A DNA stretch of 64,000 nt, taken from positions 62,001 through 126,000 of IMG/VR virus record IMGVR_UViG_3300020195_000009. One strand, written 5' to 3'. The translations under genes were made by a program, and so were the position numbers. Of this stretch, positions 19,014-28,920 are shown in pieces. Below the pieces are notes generated by a model that was given only the letters and a program-made list of their open reading frames with translations, had not been told where the DNA came from and made no database searches. Each line of letters opens with the position of its first letter. The first letter of the stretch is position 1.

Positions 19014-21092
19014 TCAACCCCCTCCAAGGGTGGGAAGAGCATTCCCTTCCGCTACAGCGTTCCGTTCTGGATTCCCAAGAGCAGGAATGGCATTCCCTGC
19101 CACTACGGCATCCAGTTCTGCTTGAGCCCCTGGCGGTAGGGCAACGGGACCGCCCCCTGTAGAAGTCGAATCTGAGCGAGTCGGATTTGCGGATTGGATG
19201 AATCTTTGCTCGGCCTGCTGCTGATCTGTTTTGGATACCTGGCTTTGGGTGTCGGGTCGGTCGAGGAGGAATGTGGCTCTCACGGTGAATGTGAAGCTGT
19301 ACTCCAACGAGTACGGTTTGTCATCGGACTCCGTGATGTTGAAGTTGTCGAACGACCCGATGTACATAGTGTTGTCGTAGTAAATGTAGATCGAACCCAC
19401 CATGGAGATTCGATTCCACTCTGTTCCATCAAATCGTGGACGAGTATCACCTTCCGTGATGATGCTGGCGTTGTTTCGGTAGAGGAGCCACAAGGACAAG
19501 AAGTTGTGGTACGCCGCTGAGAAGTTACGAGCGACACGGGTGAGCCCAGGCCCTTCTCCTTCCGCATCATCACGAGGGTTGTTGGCGTCTATCGCAAAGA
19601 ATCCCGCCACACGACCGGAGGCTTCGAGCTTGTCCTGCCCATCCCCCCAATGTTCGATGATAGGTCCGTTCCTAGTCCAGTTCCCATCGGCGATGATTTT
19701 CTCGCTACTGACTTTGAAACTGGAGGGATTGACGAGCATCCGCAAGGGCGGAGTGTTCTTCATCGTGTTGATGGCTTCGATCGTGGCGTTGATCTCCGCC
19801 TGCTGACCCGTCAGGAACTTCTCACCCAACGCTACCTGCTTGTCACGAAGGCCATTATCGAAGGTCTTCGACTCCTCTTGCTTCGACTTGGAAGCGTTGG
19901 CGCTTCCCTTAGTCTGCCACTCCCCGTTGGCATTTTCGGAAGGTGAGATGACTTTCTTGGGGGCTGGGACTCCACCTCCTGCACGCGCAACCGCAGCATC
20001 AATCTTCGATCGGATAGCAGCGGAGGGTTTACCTCGAACATACTTCTCTAAGTCGTTAATTTCTACGTAACCCTTACCTCCAGCTAGGCTGGCGTTTAGA
20101 TCGATTGCCCTTTGTTGACCCTCTGGGTCATTAAATTTGTCCCCAGGGTGGTCTGCAAGCCAAGCCGCTTGGCGAGCTTTGCCTGCGTACATCGAGCCGT
20201 CTGGGTTGCTATGATTACCGAAGTTCCTAGCGTAGATTTGTAGCGCGTTCTTACCCGCAACGTTCTGACCTCGCATGAACCTCTCAACGAACGGGAGTTG
20301 TTCCTGAGCTGACAAGTCCTGGTAGGTCGTCCACTGCTCAGGCGTCATATACCCGCCCTGCACTTTTCCGTTTTTCACCGTACCCACGGCTGTGGAACGC
20401 ACAAATTGGTTCAACCCCTGTGCGATAACCTTCCCCTTTTGTATGTTTTGAGCATGAGGGTCAAACCCACTCTCACCGTCAATGACCCCCGCCATGGCGT
20501 AGGGGCTGACTTTGAGTCTATTGCACATACCAACATAATCGTTCCAGAATACGTCGGGTAGATTGGGCCCAGGCCTTTGACTTGCATTACCAAACGTCCC
20601 ATCTTCGTTTGGAATGCGACCAGGACCCCCTGTTGCTGTGGCCCCACCCCCAGCTCCTCTAAGGTCAATGTCCTCAGGGGCACCAACAACCGCACCCACG
20701 GATCCCGAACGATCAAGAAGACGGCCCGTGATGTTCGACGCTGGAGGGATGAGCCCTACCGCAAAGAGCTTGGGGTTTGGTTTGACTTGCGTGACAGGGA
20801 TGAAATCTTGACTGATCGCGTCATCAATGTGAGAGAAGTTCGAGTAGAAGTGAAGTTGAGCGTAGATGTCCGGCCCGTAGTAATCCGCAGCGGATTCGAC
20901 CTGCTCCAGGACTCGATTGTTCCTTGACTCCGCAGGGCGAGGCGCAAAGGCAGCGTTAGGGTTCGACCTAGGAGTAACGGCTCCGCTATTCACTGTCCGA
21001 GGCGGTTGACCTGTCGTAGTGAAGGCATCGACCTTCTCGACGATCGTACCTACAGCTCCTTTGAGAAAACTGGTCTCTCTCTCCTCTGCCAT
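19014..21092 (-). CDS. Lytic transglycosylase (SLT/lysozyme-like) fused to a tail-tube-initiator-like domain
   Basis: 'GVIDGESGFDPHAQN...AQGLNQF' matches SLT motifs I and II with a catalytic Glu; the C-terminal domain 'VNPSSF...EHWGDGQDKL' is paralogous to 21096..21992. Confidence 0.8.
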   Translation of the reverse strand: MAEERETSFLKGAVGTIVEKVDAFTTTGQPPRTVNSGAVTPRSNPNAAFAPRPAESRNNRVLEQVESAADYYGPDIYAQLHFYSNFSHIDDAISQDFIPVTQVKPNPKLFAVGLIPPASNITGRLLDRSGSVGAVVGAPEDIDLRGAGGGATATGGPGRIPNEDGTFGNASQRPGPNLPDVFWNDYVGMCNRLKVSPYAMAGVIDGESGFDPHAQNIQKGKVIAQGLNQFVRSTAVGTVKNGKVQGGYMTPEQWTTYQDLSAQEQLPFVERFMRGQNVAGKNALQIYARNFGNHSNPDGSMYAGKARQAAWLADHPGDKFNDPEGQQRAIDLNASLAGGKGYVEINDLEKYVRGKPSAAIRSKIDAAVARAGGGVPAPKKVISPSENANGEWQTKGSANASKSKQEESKTFDNGLRDKQVALGEKFLTGQQAEINATIEAINTMKNTPPLRMLVNPSSFKVSSEKIIADGNWTRNGPIIEHWGDGQDKLEASGRVAGFFAIDANNPRDDAEGEGPGLTRVARNFSAAYHNFLSLWLLYRNNASIITEGDTRPRFDGTEWNRISMVGSIYIYYDNTMYIGSFDNFNITESDDKPYSLEYSFTFTVRATFLLDRPDTQSQVSKTDQQQAEQRFIQSANPTRSDSTSTGGGPVALPPGAQAELDAVVAGNAIPALGNPERNAVAEGNALPTLGGG

Positions 21093-21095
21093 GGG

Positions 21096-21992
21096 TCACC
21101 TCTTCCTTGTGGGTAGAGGTTTCTTGGTGAAGAGATCGTGGATCTCGACATCCCTATCAGGTGGGCTCACAACAGGCTGACCTGCGTTGGCCGCCTCTGC
21201 TTTCGCATGCTGAGCCAAGAACTCTTGAGATTTGGCCTGATTCTCCAACTGCAAGTTAGCCTCAATGGCTTCCGCTTTTTGCGCTTGGGCTTCCGCTTTT
21301 TGCGCTTGGGTTTGACCCGGAGTGGCACTCGCCTGCTCAGGGATCTTAAGCGTCTTGAGCTGGTTCTGAGACTGGAACCCTGCGGATCTAACCTTGTAAC
21401 GATCCGCGTTGACCGGGATCTGGTAGATCATTTTGACGACCTTGAAGACCCATGAAAGCTTGAAAACGAACGGAGCTTCGTCCGTCTCTTCCACGGAGAA
21501 TGATCGGAAGTGACCGAGGTAGGTGCCACGGTCGTACATGATCATGATTTGACCTTGGAGGACAATCGCACCGAAGGGGTCGTAAACGCTCCCATTGTTT
21601 CGGTACAAGTCGTAGAGGTCTCTGTACCGATCCCACGCAATGGTCCGTTGTCGAAGAACCGAAGAGAGCCCTGTGGCCAAGTTAATGAAGGCGCCAGTCG
21701 ACTGTTCGACCGAGATTTCACCGAGGTCATCTCCCCAGTGCTGCTCAACGAACCCCCCACGCGTCTGGATGCGTTCGATCTTCTTGTTGAAGGTTTCGGC
21801 AAAGCTCTGCGGGTTTACATGCGTGATGAGGGCGTGAGGTAGCATCGCCCTGAACTCCTCGTTCGGACTTGTTACTTGAAAGGCGAGAGGGATGAACCCG
21901 TCCCGCTTCTCAGCTCCATGCCGGTAGATGGCCTCTCCCGGAGCCGAGAGGGGTTCAAACTGCGATGGGTTCGCCGACCTAATGTATGGCAT
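21096..21992 (-). CDS. Tail tube initiator / baseplate tube-like protein (gp48/gp54-like)
   Basis: 'VNPQSF...IQTRGGFVEQHWGDDLGEI...YLGHFRSFSVEETDEAPFVFKLSWVF'; immediately after the tape measure. Confidence 0.7.
   Translation of the reverse strand: MPYIRSANPSQFEPLSAPGEAIYRHGAEKRDGFIPLAFQVTSPNEEFRAMLPHALITHVNPQSFAETFNKKIERIQTRGGFVEQHWGDDLGEISVEQSTGAFINLATGLSSVLRQRTIAWDRYRDLYDLYRNNGSVYDPFGAIVLQGQIMIMYDRGTYLGHFRSFSVEETDEAPFVFKLSWVFKVVKMIYQIPVNADRYKVRSAGFQSQNQLKTLKIPEQASATPGQTQAQKAEAQAQKAEAIEANLQLENQAKSQEFLAQHAKAEAANAGQPVVSPPDRDVEIHDLFTKKPLPTRKR
21267..21308. repeat. 21-bp perfect tandem duplication (QAQKAEA x2)
   Basis: ggcttccgctttttgcgcttg repeated twice, in frame. Confidence 0.9.
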
Positions 21993-24900
21993 TTAGGTCA
22001 ACTTCTCTCTTCGCTTGTATTCGTAGATCCCCTCCGCAATCTTGACCTTGAGGAAGTTGGCGAGGTCCTGTCCTCCGATGCCATTCACGGTGAGGTTGAT
22101 GCTGCCACCCCCACCGCCACCAGCTCCAGCGGGAGTGATCTTCTCACCAGGTCCGATCGAGGCAAGACCTTCACCGGGAGGTAACTGTTTGATGTTGGCG
22201 ATGCCGCCACTGACAGAGGTGACGATACCCCCGGTTGCATTCTTCCGGATAGGATCGTCAGACCACGCCTTACCCATCGCCTTGACTTCACTAGGCCCAC
22301 TCTTTTCAATCTGGTCTAGAAGCTTCTTGGGATCCGATGTCGAGTACATAGCGTACTCGAAGAGGCCTTTGCGGATGGCAGCCAGAGACCCTTCTTCAAT
22401 CGCTTTCTTGAAGTGATTCTCGATGGTCATCGTCTTGTCGATCTTGATCCCCTTGACCCGCATCGCGTTCCAGAGGTCTTGAAGGCTCTTGACGACCTCA
22501 ATACCGCCATCCGCGATAGTTTCGGCAACAACCTTGTCCTCGGTTTTTGCTGGGGCGGTTGGCCCAGCAGCAGTTGGTCCAGCAGCCGGAGCTACTGGAG
22601 CAGGAGCCGGTCCAACGACAGCCACGGGCATAGGAGCCGCTCCTGGGGTGCCAGGAGTACCAGGTGCCGGGGCTGCGGATGGAGCGGGAGCACCTGGAGT
22701 GGGGGCGGCTCCGCCTACTTTTTGACCAGCCGCAGCCGCCTGCATCTTGATTAGTTGCTCATCCTGAGCGGCCCAACCGGACTTAACCATCGTCTTCTTG
22801 TAATCCTCATCCCCCATGCTTGCGCGTAGGTCTTTGAAGTAGGCCTCTTCTTTCTTATCTTGTAACTCCTTGGTTTTCCTTTGAATTTCAAGGCTGCCTG
22901 CTCCTGCTACAGCTTTGAACCCCTCCTTGCTCTCATGGGAAAAGGCACCACGTTCCAGTTTGACCTCTGCGGCGATCTTGGCGGCTTCTTCGGGAGTAAC
23001 CGAAGTAATCTCGGTGATCTTGCCCAATGTACCCGCCGACCGGGCGGCTTCTTTGAGCTGGTCTCGTGTCAGATTGGATTGTAGCGATTGAAAGACAGCG
23101 TCTTGTTGCTTCTTCTCCTCGTTCGTCTTGGCGTCCATCTCGATAACACCAACGATCTTCTTCCAACCTGGACTCTCAAGGATATTACCCTTGACCTTTT
23201 GACGGTCACCTCCCGACTTGTTTACAGCGTCGATCAAGTCGTTATTTCGAGTCTTAGCTGTCTGGATCTCCAGCTTGGCCATCTGTCTAGCTTCGTTGTC
23301 ACCCCCAAACAACTTAGAGCTAAGGATGCCTTCGAGCCCGTCCCACAGCGAGACCAGGACCTTGTAGAGCCAGTTGAAGAGGGCGTCGATCACGATGTCC
23401 ATCTTGTCGAGGGCCGACTGAGCGAGCTTTCCAGACTCGTGTGCAGCCTTCATTTGCTCCGCGGCTTCTTTAGCCTGGTCCTCAGCCGACTTGTCCAAGC
23501 TCTTGTAAATCTTGTTTGTACTGGCCTTGTCCACATCCTCCGCGCTGTGCATCCCAGCAGCTTGCACCTGCTCCATCTTCTCCCGCTCATCCTTGCTGAG
23601 CACTTCGTTCTTTTTCCCCGCCTTCTCAAACAGCTTCTTGAGCTTCTTCTTCTGGTCTTCGATGCTATCGAAGAACGCCATGGTCTGGAGTTGCTCCTCT
23701 TGGGAGTAACCCGTCGCTTGTTCGTTGGCGGTGACCCCTAGATCCGACATGTCTTTGAGGGTCTTACCTCCACCAAATCTGAGCATGGTAGCTTTCATCG
23801 CATCGGCGACGCCGGCTGGACCCATATCCGCCATCGCAGAGGCCGTTCCGAGAGGACCCCCACGATCGAGCGACTTCTGACGTTGGGTAAGACGCATTAA
23901 CGCTTCTCGCTCCGCCCCCCCAACCTCACCCGATTCGATAGCCTTCTTCGCCTCGTCTTTAGTCTTCAGACCTTTCTTGCTCATGACCTCTCGAAGGAGA
24001 TCATCCATCTTATCCGTGACGTCTTCTTGGGCTGCTTTTGTGACCCCACCCCCTCCAATCAGAGAGGTCTTGAGTCGGTCCTGCATGCTCTTCCCCTTGA
24101 AGCCTTGAGTGAGCGTCTGCATGAATTTAGCCGCTGTTCTCGGGCTCATCGTCTTACCCATGAGAGCCAAGGTCTTCGTCACGTCTTTCAACCGCATCCC
24201 GTAGAGAGACAGATCCGTAGACACCCCTCGGATGATGTTGAAGAATTTACCGACACCGATCCCCGACTCAACGGCGGCTGTCGTCATACGAGAGTACTCC
24301 ATAGCCATGCCCGTGGCGCCCATTTTCAACTCGGACATCAACTCCCCTTGGAGGGAGCCGATTTCATCGAGCGATACGCCAAACTGCCTAGAATAAGCTA
24401 CAGCCAAACTTGTAAGGCCGGTGTATTTGGTCATCCCCTGAGAGAGAGTCGCAAGAGACTTCTGCCCGGCCGCTGCTGCGGCCTCAGATTCATTCTTGGC
24501 TTCTTCTTGCGATTTACGAAGGGTGTGGGTCGTCATCCCTTCTTTCTTCATGGCATCAATGACGGCGTAGTGGTCCTTGGCCGTCGTTCCCATATCAAAG
24601 TGCATCTTTATAGCAGCAAGACCCTCCGCAGAATCCAAAGTCCCACTGATTTGGTCTTTGATCGTTTGCAACTGGTCCGACAAAATACCAGCGGCGGCAA
24701 CCGGCTTATTGAAATTGGCACCCATGACCGACATGCTGTCCGCAAAGCCATCCGCGAGAGCACCACCTTGCATCAACTCCTTGTTAAGTTGCTTTGCGGT
24801 TGACTCCACGTCGATCATCATCTTGACAATGCCAGCAAATATGCCGGACGCCGCAGACAGGAGAGGGCCCATCTTGGCCAACGTGCCAATTAGGGGAGCC

Positions 24901-25538
24901 ATTTTCCCCAGGATGCTGCCCAGCATCTCCATGCCCTTGCCACCCATCCCGCCCATCTCACCACCCTTCTTTTGAAGGGCCGCTCCACCTTTGGCAGCTC
25001 CAGCACCACCATACCCACCGATAGCCTTCAGGATGCCGGAGCCGAGCTTGCCTCCACCCTTGAGAAGACCAGAGATGTCCTTCGCTTTGAACGAGGCGAA
25101 GCCCTCTTCCAGACCCCCCTTGAGGTCTTCCCCGATGGACTTCTTGAACGCCGTGAGGTCTATCTTCTTGTTGAGGATCTCACCAATCTCATCCGAAGCC
25201 TCTTGAGCGTTCTTGATAGACGCTAGTTTCAACGCCTCGAATTCTTTGATCTGTTCTTGGATCGATTCCCGCTGCACCTCCGTGGAGGCGGCGGCCAGGT
25301 CCTCTCGGTTCTTCAGGATCTCCCGTTCGCTTCGGACGACCTCTGCTCGGAAGTGATTGACCGCCTTCTCCGCCTCCGCAAACTGCTTGGTGTGACCCCC
25401 GCTGAGGGCCTTCCCAAGAGCCCCGACTTGCTGCGAGGACTTCCGAACGCTTTGGTCAAAACCCCTAAGAGCCTTATGGAGATTGCGAGTCTCCATATCG
25501 ATATTGAAGGCAACCCTTACGTCTTCACTCGAAGCCAT
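21993..25538 (-). CDS. Tail tape measure protein
   Basis: 1181 aa, helical and A/K/G/M-rich, after tube and chaperones; typical C-terminus 'ATGGIV...GEKITP..GGGGGSINLTVN'. Confidence 0.85.
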   Translation of the reverse strand: MASSEDVRVAFNIDMETRNLHKALRGFDQSVRKSSQQVGALGKALSGGHTKQFAEAEKAVNHFRAEVVRSEREILKNREDLAAASTEVQRESIQEQIKEFEALKLASIKNAQEASDEIGEILNKKIDLTAFKKSIGEDLKGGLEEGFASFKAKDISGLLKGGGKLGSGILKAIGGYGGAGAAKGGAALQKKGGEMGGMGGKGMEMLGSILGKMAPLIGTLAKMGPLLSAASGIFAGIVKMMIDVESTAKQLNKELMQGGALADGFADSMSVMGANFNKPVAAAGILSDQLQTIKDQISGTLDSAEGLAAIKMHFDMGTTAKDHYAVIDAMKKEGMTTHTLRKSQEEAKNESEAAAAAGQKSLATLSQGMTKYTGLTSLAVAYSRQFGVSLDEIGSLQGELMSELKMGATGMAMEYSRMTTAAVESGIGVGKFFNIIRGVSTDLSLYGMRLKDVTKTLALMGKTMSPRTAAKFMQTLTQGFKGKSMQDRLKTSLIGGGGVTKAAQEDVTDKMDDLLREVMSKKGLKTKDEAKKAIESGEVGGAEREALMRLTQRQKSLDRGGPLGTASAMADMGPAGVADAMKATMLRFGGGKTLKDMSDLGVTANEQATGYSQEEQLQTMAFFDSIEDQKKKLKKLFEKAGKKNEVLSKDEREKMEQVQAAGMHSAEDVDKASTNKIYKSLDKSAEDQAKEAAEQMKAAHESGKLAQSALDKMDIVIDALFNWLYKVLVSLWDGLEGILSSKLFGGDNEARQMAKLEIQTAKTRNNDLIDAVNKSGGDRQKVKGNILESPGWKKIVGVIEMDAKTNEEKKQQDAVFQSLQSNLTRDQLKEAARSAGTLGKITEITSVTPEEAAKIAAEVKLERGAFSHESKEGFKAVAGAGSLEIQRKTKELQDKKEEAYFKDLRASMGDEDYKKTMVKSGWAAQDEQLIKMQAAAAGQKVGGAAPTPGAPAPSAAPAPGTPGTPGAAPMPVAVVGPAPAPVAPAAGPTAAGPTAPAKTEDKVVAETIADGGIEVVKSLQDLWNAMRVKGIKIDKTMTIENHFKKAIEEGSLAAIRKGLFEYAMYSTSDPKKLLDQIEKSGPSEVKAMGKAWSDDPIRKNATGGIVTSVSGGIANIKQLPPGEGLASIGPGEKITPAGAGGGGGGSINLTVNGIGGQDLANFLKVKIAEGIYEYKRREKLT

Positions 25539-25541
25539 CTG

Positions 25542-26840
25542 TCATCTCCGAAAGGGGGTGGTTCGAGGTCGCGAAGGGGGGAGAGGGTGGATATCCGAGG
25601 TGTCCCGGTCAGTGGTCCCAACGTTGGACTTCACACCTGGAGACGACTGATAAGTGTCATCGGAATCCATGTATTTCTGAAGGAAGGCCTCCATCCTCGG
25701 CTCCATCATCTCCGGGTAGACCATCTTGCCTGCAACTCCCTGCGCTTCAAGTTGCCTACGTCGAAGAATGCGCTGTTGAACCTCCTCACGGGAGAGACCC
25801 GCCAGCTCCGTGGTGGCAGATCGCATGGGGTCTCGTTCACGGTCTTTAGAGACCTGATGGATTTTCTGTTGACGTTCTTGAATCGTAGCTCGGATACGAG
25901 CCTCTTCCCGAGTGACAACCTCGTCGTGCCAGTCCTTCTCTCCACGAAGATCCCGCTCCAATTGAGAAGCCAGCTCCTCGACGGTTCGAGCTACGATCTT
26001 TACGGTCCGGCCCTTCTTCTCATCTTCAGGATCTTCACCGAGAAGAATTTGACGGAGGATTTTGTCTTTTCGCTCAAGACGGTTCTCTTTCTCCTTCTTT
26101 CGTCGTTCTTGGTCCTGATTGTGGACCTTCCTGATCTCCTTCCCTCCAACGAAGCATCCGCCGATAAACTTGGCGTAGTCCCACTCTCGTTCCGCTTGGT
26201 CTCGGGTATCCTCGTAGCTGTTGAGTGCTCTCCAAACGAGCTGGGCGAAGTTCATCCCCAACGACTCCGTCCCTTGGACTCCTGTACAACCAGAGGACAT
26301 GAGATCGAGCCCCTTGAGCTGAGCCCATCGGAATCGCGAGGAGACCTCCATTTGGTAAGCCTCCGTCAAAGTGATTGCGTTCGTCGCCTTGCGGTTCACC
26401 TGACTCAAGTAACGGATGATCTTGGACTTGGCTGACATGGGGAGTGCCTCGAAGGTCTCCACAAGCTTCGGGATCCACTTGGCCTGCTCAAGCAAGATGT
26501 TTTGCCCATCAATCATAAAAACGCCGTGGGCAAGGAAGGTGCTGTAGTACCTCTCAAGAGATCGCCGATCTCGACTTTCCATACCCCCCGTTACCCACTG
26601 GAGGTTGTCAAACTCGTTGTGGTTCAACGATTTGAAGACAAACGGAACGTCGTTGATCTCACCTGGTAGAGTCAGGAAGCCCTTGAATAGGAGACGCTCG
26701 ACATCTCGATAGACCTCGGGGTTGACCTCCGGGTCCTTAGGGGCATCAATCCGAATACCCCCCTCATCAAGACCAGAAAGGGCTTCTTCTTCCCCCTCAA
26801 CCACTCGGTTGATGGCGTCGTTGAGATCCCTAGAAGACAC
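25542..26840 (-). CDS. Putative tail assembly chaperone 2
   Basis: Directly precedes the tape measure; 'FVFKSLNHNEF' resembles the upstream protein's 'IVLQSLRPDEY'; GTG start. Confidence 0.6.
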   Translation of the reverse strand: MSSRDLNDAINRVVEGEEEALSGLDEGGIRIDAPKDPEVNPEVYRDVERLLFKGFLTLPGEINDVPFVFKSLNHNEFDNLQWVTGGMESRDRRSLERYYSTFLAHGVFMIDGQNILLEQAKWIPKLVETFEALPMSAKSKIIRYLSQVNRKATNAITLTEAYQMEVSSRFRWAQLKGLDLMSSGCTGVQGTESLGMNFAQLVWRALNSYEDTRDQAEREWDYAKFIGGCFVGGKEIRKVHNQDQERRKKEKENRLERKDKILRQILLGEDPEDEKKGRTVKIVARTVEELASQLERDLRGEKDWHDEVVTREEARIRATIQERQQKIHQVSKDRERDPMRSATTELAGLSREEVQQRILRRRQLEAQGVAGKMVYPEMMEPRMEAFLQKYMDSDDTYQSSPGVKSNVGTTDRDTSDIHPLPPSRPRTTPFRR

Positions 26841-26849
26841 TCACGCCTC

Positions 26850-28013
26850 CTAGAACTGCTGGGGCCTACGAAACCTCGCGTTTATACCAGCCACGGGCGG
26901 CTGCTCGAAGATCCTCTCCGCCTCGGTAGGGTTGACCCTTTCGATGGGCCTTGAAAGCTCCATCGGGGTCCGTTCCATACCGGGCGTAGCGGCGACGATC
27001 TGCGTCCCCCCCTGGACGGCTGGTGGAAGTTGCGTCCCTCCTTGGATGGGTGAGGTTGGCTCGAAGGACTCCCCCTCCATCGCAGCGATCTGAGCCGACT
27101 TCTTCAACACGGCTTGGTTGGCTGGAAGCACTGGATTGGCCTGCATCGCCGGGGATGGGGTAGGCACGGGGACCTCGACCTGACGCTGGTTGAGGGGTTG
27201 CCTTGCCTGCATGATCTCATCAGGAGTCGGCTGGTCCTCCTGAGGTAGCGGTTTAGCGACCCTGGGAGCCGCCTCAACAGGCCTTTGAGCAGGTCGAGCC
27301 CTTGGGGTTGGGGCCGTGGCTGCCGCATCAGAGGTCGGTTCTGGAGCCGCCTCAGGGACGGCGGTTCCTGCGGGAGGCTCGGGCTCCGCAATCTTGGAGA
27401 GCTTCTCGTTGGCAGCCTCCAACTCTACCTTAGAGGTCTGGGTGATGTATCCCAAGTCTTCTCGGATCTTTACCGAGATTTCAACAGGGACATGCCCCTC
27501 AAGCTCCTTGGCTTCCGAAAGGAGGCGGCGGTACTTCTCCTCGGGGGTTTCATCAGGGACCGTAAACTTGACCCCTTCCCCAGCCTCCTTTTCAGCCTTG
27601 GCGATGACGTCGTTGAACTTGCGGAAGGCTACGTCTATAGCCTCACGACCCCAAGACCCAAGGACATAATCACGCACAAAGGCGTGTCTCTCAACCTTCA
27701 CTGTCTTAACGACAAGCTTCTTGGTCTTCTCGTCTACATCCTCAACGTCCACTTCAACGAAATCGACCTGACGGAGATCGACTTCGTTGAACTCGCAGAC
27801 GGCACGGCATAGGTGCTCCCGCTTGAAAGCGTTGAGGTAACCTACGCCCTCGGGGACCTCATCGATCTCCGCGTGTATCGTCTCGTACTCATCTGGACGA
27901 AGGCTTTGGAGGACTATGGAGCACCCACTGATGGTGAGTGGCTCCTCAGACCTGCCAACGTTCTGAGCCTTCTTGAGCGCCTCTGTGATCTTCTTCGCTG
28001 AAAGGGTTGCCAT
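26850..28013 (-). CDS. Putative tail assembly chaperone 1 with Pro-rich disordered C-terminus
   Basis: Between tube and tape measure; acidic N-terminal domain. Confidence 0.6.
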   Translation of the reverse strand: MATLSAKKITEALKKAQNVGRSEEPLTISGCSIVLQSLRPDEYETIHAEIDEVPEGVGYLNAFKREHLCRAVCEFNEVDLRQVDFVEVDVEDVDEKTKKLVVKTVKVERHAFVRDYVLGSWGREAIDVAFRKFNDVIAKAEKEAGEGVKFTVPDETPEEKYRRLLSEAKELEGHVPVEISVKIREDLGYITQTSKVELEAANEKLSKIAEPEPPAGTAVPEAAPEPTSDAAATAPTPRARPAQRPVEAAPRVAKPLPQEDQPTPDEIMQARQPLNQRQVEVPVPTPSPAMQANPVLPANQAVLKKSAQIAAMEGESFEPTSPIQGGTQLPPAVQGGTQIVAATPGMERTPMELSRPIERVNPTEAERIFEQPPVAGINARFRRPQQF

Positions 28014-28188
28014 TCTCTCGCACCTTGGTTTGGGGTGAGGAGAAGGACGGAGCGGTTTGGGAGGCGGTATACATCTTCATCTTGGATTCGGGAGGGGGAG
28101 ACAATTTGGATCCAATCTGATTTATCTACATTTACATCCGTGGCCGCTTGTCCAGTCTCGTTTCTATGTTGCTGGATTACGCCCCATG

Positions 28189-28917
28189 TCAAAGGGCTCC
28201 AGCAGTCTGGTTCGGAGAGGTTCCACCGGAGAAGCGGAGCGAGTAGCCGGCACCTGCGGAGCCGTTGGCTCCGATCGGCGCAAGGCCAGAGTCGATCCAC
28301 TCCCCGTAGTTGGAGAACCCGTCGATGACGTCGGTGACCGTGACAGAGCTGTTCTCCGCTACCATGGCCGCATCCGACGTGAACGAGGCGCTGTAGCTGT
28401 TGAGCCAGCACCCCTCGTAGAACGTGAACAGAGCCTTGATCGCGTTCGTGGCGAGGTTGGCGACGGCCGTGGGTTGTTGAACCGCCTGCTTGGGCGAGAT
28501 CGGAACACCGGCGATGTCATCCCGGCTGCTGATCTCGGAGAAGACAAGCTCTTGCTTGAGATCGAACGGCCAGCGGTGATGCTTGAGGGAGCGGACGAGG
28601 CCCTCCACGCCACCCTTGTAGCCGAGCACCTGCATAATGTTCACCGTGTACAGGAGCGTCCTGTTCAAGGTGAGGGTCATCGGCTCGGTCACACCCGGCA
28701 CCAGTTCGGCAACCTGGTCACCGAAGCCAACACCACGGACCGGATCGATCGTTCGGGATTCATCAAACCCGAACTCCGACACGACGCCGATCTGCTGAAA
28801 CTTCTGTTTGCCAGTCATGTACCCGTAAATCTTGGTCTTTTGACTGACAGCTACACGTGTGTTGGGAGCCGTTCCCATGCGGTAGATGTAAGTGTCGTTT
28901 TCGCGAGGAGATCCCAT
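28189..28917 (-). CDS. Tail tube protein
   Basis: 'IGVVSEF...SRTIDPVRGVGFGDQVAELVPG..EPMTLTLNRTLLY...FYEGCWLNSYSASFTSDAAMVAENSSVTVTDV' is the myovirus tube pattern. Confidence 0.85.
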   Translation of the reverse strand: MGSPRENDTYIYRMGTAPNTRVAVSQKTKIYGYMTGKQKFQQIGVVSEFGFDESRTIDPVRGVGFGDQVAELVPGVTEPMTLTLNRTLLYTVNIMQVLGYKGGVEGLVRSLKHHRWPFDLKQELVFSEISSRDDIAGVPISPKQAVQQPTAVANLATNAIKALFTFYEGCWLNSYSASFTSDAAMVAENSSVTVTDVIDGFSNYGEWIDSGLAPIGANGSAGAGYSLRFSGGTSPNQTAGAL

Positions 28918-28920
28918 GAC

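Noticed and set aside
25542-28013. Programmed frameshift between tail chaperones (lambda G/GT type)
   Set aside because: Both ORFs have their own start and RBS (GGAGG before the GTG at 26840); no convincing slippery heptamer near the first stop.
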